Origin: Neocallimastix sp. 'constans' | Taxonomy: Eukaryota | Assembly: GCA_050613775.1 (NCBI GenBank) | Contig: JBODTK010000016.1 | Coordinates: 1,116,001-1,180,000, forward strand | Reading direction: 5' to 3' | DNA length: 64,000 nt | Shown here: piece after piece, positions 53,401-64,000 of the stretch | How the letters are laid out: each line of letters starts with the position of its first letter | How positions within the stretch are numbered: position 1 is the first letter of the stretch | Made by a program: the position numbers and the translations under genes | Notes under the pieces: model-generated | Told to the model about the DNA's origin: nothing | The model's input: only the letters and a program-made list of their open reading frames with translations | Databases searched by the model: none

Positions 53401-53983
53401 CCAAAAATTTATATCGCCCAACATAAATTATTAAAGATAATTCGCTTAATTGATTCTTTGTATGATTATTTAAAAATTATGTTTATTTTGGAAATGAATA
53501 AAAATAGCCTAATAGAGAAAATTAACAAAAAAAAAATAACTGAAATATTGAATCTTAATAAATTATGAAATACTTAGCTTTAGGGGTGATGTTAGATTAA
53601 AAATACATTTAAGAAAATATTATAACAATACTTAAATTAAATTTAATAATTTATATAATGTAAAAAATATTTTATTCATGTAAAATTAAAAGTCAATTTA
53701 GAATAGAAATAACTAATAGTTTAATGATATCAAGTTAATTTTATAAAATAGGATAATCATAAACCAATTAATTCATCATATAGAAACTACGTAAAAAGAG
53801 GGAATGTGAAATTTATGAAAAATAAGCTTCAAATGTATTGAAACATATTGTAATATAGTTAATGTATAAGTAATAATGTATTAAAGAATTTAAGAATAAT
53901 TAAGTGCTAGAAACTCTTTATCATAAAATATATTTATAAAGTTGACATAATTATAAACCATAAATTCCTAACTCGTAATAATA

Positions 53984-54120
<137 letters not shown>

Positions 54121-56331
54121 TTTTACTTTACTATTAAATCCTCATTAAATATTTATTAATAATAATTTTTACTAAAAAATTGTATATTTAAAATATATAG
54201 ATTTATAATATTAACATTATAAATTTCAATTCAGAAAAAACCAACTTTATACTAAAAAGTATTTATATAATTGAATATTTTATTATAAATATTTTATTTT
54301 AATATTGATGAAGATGATTATTACTTGTAAAAATTATTACATAAAAAGTTTAATAATGTCGAAATGCATAACATGACATTAATTCTGATATGCGGGACTT
54401 TTATGTGCAATAATTTATAAGCAGTGGGTTTTAAATAATGGTAGTTTAGTAAATTTTATTAATAAAATTATAATATTCGTACAATTAAAATAATAATTTT
54501 AATTCCTAAAAATTTACCATAGTTCTCTATTTCTAATATAAATAATCTAATCTATTTATAAAAATAGGTATTATATTAATTATATATTCTAATATATGGA
54601 ACTATATTAATTTTATATGAATTAAAGTATTATAATTATTATAATTATAATGTATATTGAAATAAAATATAATAAAATAATTATTATCAAAAAGATATAA
54701 ATTTAATATTTAATAATTAATATTAAATATGCAAATATGTTACTACACATATTTGTTTTATATCAATTCAATTAGAAAAACTAGGAAAATTTGTTAATTA
54801 TGGAATATAAATTAAAAACTTCATATATATTTATTGACATTTTTTAAACTATATTATTCATATGAAATTATAAAAAATGGAAATACATTGTTTTTTTTTT
54901 CATTTTTTTTTTTCATTTTTTTTTTTTTTGTATCAATATTAATATAAGAATGTCAATCACTAATAATTAGCAATTATTTATCTTAAAAAGTATTATTCCT
55001 TAAAAAATTACATATTAAAATATTTATCATATATTATTTATTAATATTAAAACATTTATAACAGTTATCAATTATTTTCAATTATATACTATAATATTAA
55101 TATTAAAACTATAAAATTATTATATATAATAACCTAGAACTATTTTTATTTATTATATATTTATTTTTATTAATTAGTCTACTGTTTATATATTCTATCT
55201 TTAACATGTGAATATTTTAATAAAAAAATTAAAGTAATTATTTCAATATCAAGATGTATTCTTTTTTTATCTAAAATTGTTTCTATTTTTTATCAATTAA
55301 TGGAATAAAATAAAATACTATTATGATATATATTTTAAAACTTTAAAATGATTCATATTTGTATAGTTTATATAAAATAAAGATTAACATAGTAAGTGAA
55401 AAATTATTAATAAAGTTTTATATACTACAATTTATATATTATGAGTAAAATATTTTATTTAAATAGTTATAATCTATATTATTAATATTAGTTATGATAC
55501 AAAAATTAATATATTCACCAAAATTATCAAAATCATTAAAATAACAATTAACACAATAATTTCTTACTTATTTATAATGAATAATATCAAACTTTTTTTA
55601 GAATTCATCAAAAAATATAAAAAAGAAAAAAAAGTTTTTTTAAATTATTTATGGAATAAAAATTTTAATAGCATTCTCCCTATGTTATTTAAAATTATTC
55701 AATATATTTAAAGATATTGAATCTGTAAATTTTAACATTTTAATAGCTATGTATTCACATCGACTTTTATCATAATTCTTATTTTTACATATTTATTAAT
55801 CATTTCTTAAAATAGCCCTATAAATAACATTCCTTATTTAACATAAGAAGTTAAACTTATTCGAGAATAAATAAAACTAATACTTTTTTGTAATTGTGAT
55901 CTTTTATTTTTTTCGTTGCTAGAACATGAGTCAGAATAATTTTTTAAAATTGATAATATATATATTCTTGTAGATATTGCAAAAAAATTTCGTTAGAGCC
56001 TTGTAATCAATTTCAAGAATATGATGCTTTATATAGCCTTCAATTTATTAAAAGGTCTATAAAATTAAAAATTATAAATAATATGAAATTTAATTTAAAA
56101 AATAGTTATAGTATTGAAAAAATTAATAGTAACCATGAAGATGAGAATATAATACAAGAAATATGGAACTCAGGTTTTTATGATGTTAAATGTACTAATA
56201 ATAATCCAAAGAAAAAATTTATAGCAAAAAGCAAAAACAAATACAATATAAAAAGTATCTAAAAAATAATATTTATTTTCTAAATCAAAATATGAATCAA
56301 AGGAAATAAAAAAAAAAATTTTTTTAATTAG

Positions 56332-56364
<33 letters not shown>

Positions 56365-58428
56365 TAATCCTAAATCCATATGGATTTAACTCTTTTACAG
56401 TAGTATATATTTATCATAATTATTGTTGACTTAAAAAATAGTCATTTTTATTCATGGTTTTTTATTATTTATTATTTCATAAGATAATTATTTTTATATA
56501 AATAAAATATATTTTAATATAATATTAAATTAAAACCTGTATTGAAACTCTTTTTAAAATATGATATTCTATATTAATTTTTAATTTAATAGTTTTTTAA
56601 ACATCAATATAAATAAAGTATATTTTCATCTTTGTTAAAAGAATAAAAATAAATAATATTTAAATAGATGAACATATTACAAGATATATTATTATATTAA
56701 ATATATATCCTTATTCTTTATATATATATATATATTTTTTTGGTAAAGGTTAAGAATAAAATGTAAAATTTATATATAATTTGAACTTTATAATAATTAA
56801 GCATTCTTAATTATTATTATTTATTATATGTAATTTATTATTTATTATTTATTATTTATTATATATATTTTATTATTTATTATTTATTATTTATTATATA
56901 TAATTTATTATTTATTATTTATTATTTATTATTTATTATTTATTATTTATTATTTATTATTTATTATTTATTATTTATTATTTATTATGTACTGTTTATG
57001 TATTATTATTTATTAATATAGTAAAATAAGGCTTATGAAAAATAATTTTTATTTCTATTTTATATTTTTGATGTATATTATTTAATTAAATAATATATCA
57101 TTAATTAATAGTTTAATATAAATATAATTTAACAATCAAAATTAACTTATTTAATTAAAAGTATTGTACACTTTTGTAAGAATATTAGCCAATAAAATTG
57201 ATTTACATTACATTATTTCATAATATAATAATAATTATAAATTAATAGATTAATAAAAATATTATTAAAATTTATATTATAAAAATCAAATAAATAATAA
57301 ACAAATAATAAATAATATATATTTACATGTACAATTTTGTTTTATAAAATTTATATGAAGATTATACTGTAAAATTCGATTTATTTAATTATTGATACTA
57401 ATATATTTATAAATTATTTAATTTATAATAATTAAAAATATATATTACTACTTTTATATTTATATATCTTTTTTAATAATAATAAACATTTATAATAAAA
57501 TCTTGTCTAAAACAATACAAAATTTTTTTGTCTTTATTACATAATAATAAATAAAAGCTGTTATTGAGAAAAGAATTTAATAAATTCGAAGGAAACAGAG
57601 CTAAAAGTTATCTTTATTGATATAAAGTAAAATTAAGAACTAAATTATTAATATTAATATTTTTAATTACTTTTACATATATTTTTAATGTATACTATAT
57701 TATTAATAAATAATAAAAAAAATAAAATAAATAATTAAAAAATCTATGGCCAAAAATTTTATGTACAGAATTTAATATTTATTATGGAATCTATTATTTT
57801 CCTATTAATTTTATGAAGCATAAAATATGTATATAATATATATATAATAAGATAAATACAAAATAAGCAAAAGAAAATAATAATAATAATAATATAAAAA
57901 TAAAATTACATTGAATGTTAATATTTATAATTTATACATTTAATTTTTTTATATTTATTTATTTATTGTTTATTTATTTATTCATTCATGCTCAGTATAA
58001 ATTATATAATATACATATGCATTTATAATAAGTTGATTATTTGAGAAAAATGAAAGGATTAACATTAATAATAATAATAATAATTTATATATAAAATTAT
58101 TTAAAACATACCTTTAAATAAATAAGTATCAATCATGAATATAATATATTATAAAAAAAAAAAAAAAAAATTCAAATATGAACATGATTATTTATCCTAA
58201 ATATTAAATATTAATATCAAAATAAAAGCATTACCAATATCTATTTAATTTATAATATATAATAAAGTTTTTTTAAACAAATAATTTAAGCAATTTATAA
58301 ATCCTGTAATATTAAGATATATATTAGAATGAAATATTTATTTATAAAGAAGAAACAATAAAATGTTTGAATTTCATAATGATATTAATAAAATACAATT
58401 TTGCTCGATAAATTTTGTAAAATAAATA

Positions 58429-58461
<33 letters not shown>

Positions 58462-58609
58462 TTAAAGTAAACAAATCGACAATTTTCTATATTATATAAA
58501 ATAAATTTTTCTAATTTGTTATAAATGTATAATTTAAAAATTTAAAGACTAATATTATTTTCTTTTTTTCTTTATATATAATTTTTTATACATATTATAG
58601 TAGTGAAAA

Positions 58610-59357
58610 ATGTCTTCCTTATTGTAAGTTATTAACATATATATTATAACTTATATTTCTATAATTTGATATACTATCATCCAAATATTAATATATTTAT
58701 ATTGAATAATTTATTTATTCAATTTTCAATAGAACTTCAAAACAAAGTGATGAGCTGTAAATATTTTTTCCTCTCAAAAATAAATATAACTGTTTTAAAT
58801 TTCAATGATATTATACATAATTTATTTTATAATTAATAACAAATTAATTACTTATTAATATGCCTAATTACTAATATAAGAATAATATTCATTCAAATAA
58901 ATAAATATATACATATATAATAATTATAATAATAGTCGATTAGCAATTCTTGATTATTTCCATGCTAATGGATTAACCAATTCTTTCCAAGCCCTTCAAT
59001 CGGAAGCTATCATAGAAGACTATAATGGAGATGGAAAACAGCGATATTCAGGATTATTAGAAAAAAAATGGTTATCAGTTATCAGATTACAAAAAAAGGT
59101 ATAAATATATATTTGTTCGACATATTATAAACCTATAAATATATGTATAAGCATATATATCATAATTATATGTCATAACTACATTAAATTAAAAATAACC
59201 TAATCTTTTTATTTGGTATATTGATACGTTTAAATATTGTATCAATTCAAAAAATAACCTAATTTATATATCCATATATTTATTGTGTTGCATTAATTTT
59301 CAAAATTAATTTCGTCATATAAAACATGAATATTTTTAAAAAATTTAAATGCAATAT

Positions 59358-59394
<37 letters not shown>

Positions 59395-61408
59395 TTATGG
59401 AATTAGAAAAAAAGCTTTCACAAGTACAAGAAGAACTAAATAATGCACCAATTCGTAAGCCAACAAGTACTGTTGATTGGATACCTAGAAGTCCAGAAAA
59501 ACTTACCTTAACTCGTCATCGTTCACCCATAACAAGTGTCGCCTTCCACCCATTATTTTCAGTTATTGCTTCAGCTTCAGAAGATACCACTATCATTATT
59601 TGGGATTATGAAACTGGAGAATTTGAAAGGACTCTCAAAGGACATACTAAAGCTGTTCAAGATATAAACTTTGATTCTAAGGGAAACTATTTAGGTAAAA
59701 AAAATTAAAAGTAAAATATTTAAATTAAAATAAAATAATCAATATAGATATAAAAGAATATATTTTATTTTAAAAAAGTTATAATAATAATAATTTATTA
59801 TTAATTTATCTGTATTATCATTACATTATTTTAATAATATTATTATTATAATTCATGGATCCTTTAATTAATTTATGGGAAAAACTCAATTAAATAAATA
59901 TTACATAATTACCAAATTCTTTAATAATAATAATTTATTTATTATTTAAATATTAATAATTATATTGTTCAATAATATCATATATTAATATCTAAATTAT
60001 GATTATCTCTATCATTATTTTCATCATATTATTATGTATATAATAATAAATTTTTATCTATTTTTAGTGTCTTGCTCCGCTGATTTAACAATAAAGATAT
60101 GGGATACACAAAATGATTATATTTGTATAAAAACGTTATATGGTCATGATCACAGTATATCATCTTGTGTCTTTCTTCCAAATAACGATTTTATAATGAG
60201 TGCCTCTAGAGATAAAACTATTAAAATTTGGGAATTAGCTTCTGGGTAAATTATATATATATATATTATGAATAATACTATTATTATAATTAAAAAATAA
60301 AAATATTATAATTATTCTTTAAAATGAATTATTATTCTATATTAATTCAATTATATATATGTACATTATATAATTTTTCTTTATGTAAAACTATAAACTT
60401 TTAAAATTTTAATTAATATAATGAATGAATATAGTTTCTGTACAAAGACTTTTACTGGTCATACTGATTGGGTTAGATCTGCTATTTGTAGTGATGATAG
60501 TAAATACATAGCTAGTTGTTCAAATGATAAAGTAAATACAATAAATATATATATACTTTAATATAATTGCTTTTTTTTTTTTTTATTTTTCGTGTTTGTT
60601 TATTCTGAAAATTTGTAATCATTATCAATATGAATAAAGTAATGATATTCATTACCATTAATTTATTTTGTATATATATAATATTAATTTTATTTAATAG
60701 AATATAAGAATTTTTGACTATAATACTGGTGAAACTAAAAATGAATTAAGAGGTCATGATCATGTTATTGAATGTATAACTTATGCTCCAACTAACAGTT
60801 ATCAAGCTATTCGTGAATTAACTGGTATAAAAGAAGTATGTATCCAATACTTTAGAAAAAGAAAAAGAATTAATAATTAATTAACTTGTAACTCTTAATG
60901 TAATGAAAATAATACATATAATAGAATATTAAAGAAGAAACACCTGGACTTTACATTTTCTCTGGTTCAAGAGACAAAACTATCAGACTTTGGGATACCT
61001 TAAATGGTCAATGTCTTCATATTTTTGTAAGTTTTGATTAATATGAATAGTAAATTTTTTTTAAATAAATAGTATATATATATATTTAATTATTGAATAT
61101 TAAGTATATTTCATTAAACTTTATATACATATATATATATTTATTTATAATAATACTATTATAATAAAATATATTAAGAATGGACATGATAATTGGATTC
61201 GTGGTGTTATTGTTCATCCAAATGGTAAATATTTAATTAGTGTTTCAGATGATAAGACAATGAAAGTTTGGGACATTAAGACTGGTCATTGCATAAAAAC
61301 AATTGAAGGTCATCAACATTTTGTTACTTGTGTTGACTTTAATAAAACTAGTCCATTAATTGCTACTGGTAGTGTTGGTATGTATAAAATTTATTTGTGT
61401 TTTATAAG

Positions 61409-61443
<35 letters not shown>

Positions 61444-61520
61444 ATTAATAACTTATAATTATTTATTTATTTATATTTTTTTTTTTAGACCAAACCGTTA
61501 AAATTTGGGAATGCCGTTAA
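58610..61520 (+). CDS. LIS1: LIS1/NudF/Pac1 dynein regulator; 10 exons (58610-58623, 58733-58756, 58936-59098, 59394-59694, 60068-60245, 60435-60531, 60701-60835, 60925-61026, 61179-61377, 61489-61520), ~414 aa
   Basis: LisH motif, [29 protein letters not shown]40 repeats ([36 protein letters not shown]), C-terminus [14 protein letters not shown]. Spliced length 1245 nt, in frame. Confidence 0.96.
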
Positions 61521-61800
61521 AAAAATATAATAAAATAATAAAAATAGAAATAGAAATAAAATAAAATAAAATGAGAAAAAAAAAAAAGTATATATATATT
61601 ATATATTTTGTTTTATTTTATTTTATTTTATTTTATTTTTTACATTTCCTTTTTAATTAATACATTTTCTATTTCATAATTAATGCAATCAACTATTTTT
61701 ATCTTTTTTTTTTTATATATATATATACTTAATAACATATACATAGATATTATATATTATATTAATTAAATGTTGTTTATATATATATAATACAAATAAG

Positions 61801-61851
<51 letters not shown>

Positions 61852-62459
61852 ATAATAATATAAAGAAATTTAATAGTGGTTTAACGTTAATACTATTCTT
61901 TTTAATCTATATTTATATATATAATAATTATCGTATCCTTTTTTTTTTTTTTTCCACAAAAAAAAAAATAAAAAAAAAAATTTATTGATAGTTAAATAAT
62001 TAATTAAAAAACAAATAAATAAAATTTACATAATTAAAAATTTAATAATAATAATAATCTATTAGTAAAAATAAAAAATAAAAATTATATTTATAATAAA
62101 TAGAAAATATATAAAAATAAAAAATAATATAATAATAATTAAATATATATATTTTTATTTTTTATTTTATTTTATTTTGAGCTTTTTTTGTTTTTTTTTT
62201 TACTTCTTTTGTAATTATTAAAAAGACACATACTATTTTAAATTTTCCGTTTAATAAAATTAAAAAAAATATAATTAAATAAAAAAAAAAAAAAACTACT
62301 ATTACTAAAAAATTAAATGTTATATATATGTTAAAAAATTCTTTTATATATATTTATTAATTTTTATTTTTATTTTTTTTTTTTTTTTTTTTTTTTTTTA
62401 TTTTTATTTTTATTTTTATTTTTATTATTATTTATTGAATTCGTTACTATTGTTTTGTT

Positions 62460-62951
62460 ACATTTAAGTGAACAACTCCTAAAAACTAAAAAGTGCACAG
62501 GGGGTCTATTGTCCCGTATATTGTAGGGCTTGCGGTATATCTTGCTTGCGGAATACTGATCATCATTAACTCTCTTGAATCACTTTTTGAGAGGTTTAGC
62601 AAAAAAAAAAAAAAAAAAAAAAAACACTTTCATTACCAAGAGTGCTGATGTCGTACCGATATGGCAAAGGAATAGTGCAGTTAGAAGTTCTGTTAATTCT
62701 CATCAATACACACACATTTACTATGTACTGACAACACAGTTCCCGAACACAGAACCTCTAGTTAAGTAATTCAACTTTTGATGATCTTTCTTATGATTCA
62801 GGGAAAAGTTTAGTGGATAAATTTTCTTTGATTAATTAAAATTTATTTATGTTTAATTTTAATTTTTTGTTTTTTGTTTTTTGTTTTTTGTTTTTTGTTT
62901 TTACTTAATCTTTTACATACATTTTATTTTTTTTTATCATTTTCTTACTAG

Positions 62952-62984
<33 letters not shown>
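62460..62984 (+). mobile_element. 5'-truncated non-LTR retrotransposon 3' fragment with poly(A)
   Basis: VPYIVGLAVYLACGILIIINSLESLFERFSK..ITKSADVVPIWQR is homologous to the 7268 and 24389 copies. Ends CTAGTCT + A30. No TSD found. Confidence 0.7.
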
Positions 62985-62987
<3 letters not shown>

Positions 62988-64000
62988 ATAATAAATAAAT
63001 AAAGAAAATTGCATGTTCAAATTTATAAAGTGTATAATATAATTGAAACGCCTTAGTAGTTTGTGTAAAAAATTCTAAAAAAAAAAAACGATGTAAAAAT
63101 AACCGGATCAATGTCAATGATATTGATAAGTATATATCAATTGAGTTAATATTAGCATCCAAATAAAAAAAAAAAACTATTTGAATGAGAAGAATAACAT
63201 AGGCAAATGTTAATATAGGAAATATATTTCTAAGTATACGAAATATGATTGTATGTTCAGACACTCTTGACAACAACACCAAAATAAAAAATATAAAAAA
63301 AAAAAAAAAAGATCCATAAAAGCATCCGTTAAGTCTATTAAATTAAAAATACTTTTTACTTTGGTTTAAAATTCATTCTAAAGTTCCAATATAATAATCA
63401 TCCAGTCCTTTGATAGCTTCCCAACTTATATGAGAAAATAAACCTAAACAAATAAATGTATTTAATACAAAATTAATGATAAAAATAATTAATTGTAAAA
63501 AGGTAGAGGATCCTTAATTGTTTTTTTTTTTTTTTTTTTTCAATTTTGTTTTTGTTTTCTTTTTAAATTATATTCCTAATATTTTTATCTAATTCTTACT
63601 TTTCTTCTTTAATTAACTTCAATACTTTTCGACATTTAATATTTTGATGATTAGTTAACTTCATATCCAAATTATTTTACTCTTCTATTAATTTTTCTTC
63701 CTGAACTTTTTTTTTTTTTTCGTCGTTGTTGTTGTAATTGGTCATACTTCATTTAATTAATTTTTGATTTTTTAATTAAAATTAATAGATACCAGAATGG
63801 ATTTAATCTCTTTAAATAGACTTATAATGCTATATGGAATAGCAACGACACAAACCCATGAGCAAATAATAATCGGAATGGTATTAACTACACCAAAGAA
63901 AAGTCGAATTGTATTAATATTAAAGTTGAAATATGTCTAGAAGATATATACTAATTCTCCAATTAAAATATAAAAAAGAGTCAAAATTTTAGAGACTTCT

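Noticed and set aside
55600..56170. Slightly GC-richer patch suggesting decayed coding sequence
   Set aside because: No recognisable motif in the frames I inspected.
62460..62830. GC-richer island as a SINE or structured RNA
   Set aside because: Its translation matches the LINE C-terminal peptide, so it is better explained as a LINE 3' fragment.
63330..64000. Possible gag-like or pseudogene fragments at the window end
   Set aside because: Interrupted by stops and truncated by the window; family cannot be assigned.

Overview
Very AT-rich, intron-rich eukaryotic DNA. Composition, short GT-AG introns, long poly-A/T tracts and gene content point to an anaerobic gut fungus (Neocallimastigomycota); this is inferred, not shown. 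Seven protein genes could be assembled by hand: a bacterial/plant-type 2-isopropylmalate synthase (LeuA), a prion-like G/Q/N/Y-repeat protein with two EF-hands, a 23-exon class C-type GPCR, an Mss4-like PI4P 5-kinase, an ankyrin/coiled-coil protein, a long-chain acyl-CoA synthetase and LIS1/NudF. The most interesting object is the ~1345-aa receptor (15284..22791, minus strand). It joins a signal peptide, an apparently catalytically dead GH10 xylanase-like barrel, a KR site, a bacterial-type sugar solute-binding domain built partly from micro-exons, and a class C 7TM domain, so it is a candidate xylan/xylo-oligosaccharide sensor. The window also holds a transposon island at about 32.4-40 kb (Mutator-like element with TIRs, Gypsy and Copia remnants, a related MITE), several 5'-truncated copies of a non-LTR element family ending in GTCT-poly(A) (three with target-site duplications), ankyrin pseudogenes and satellites. 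All exon structures and domain calls were made by eye, without database searches.
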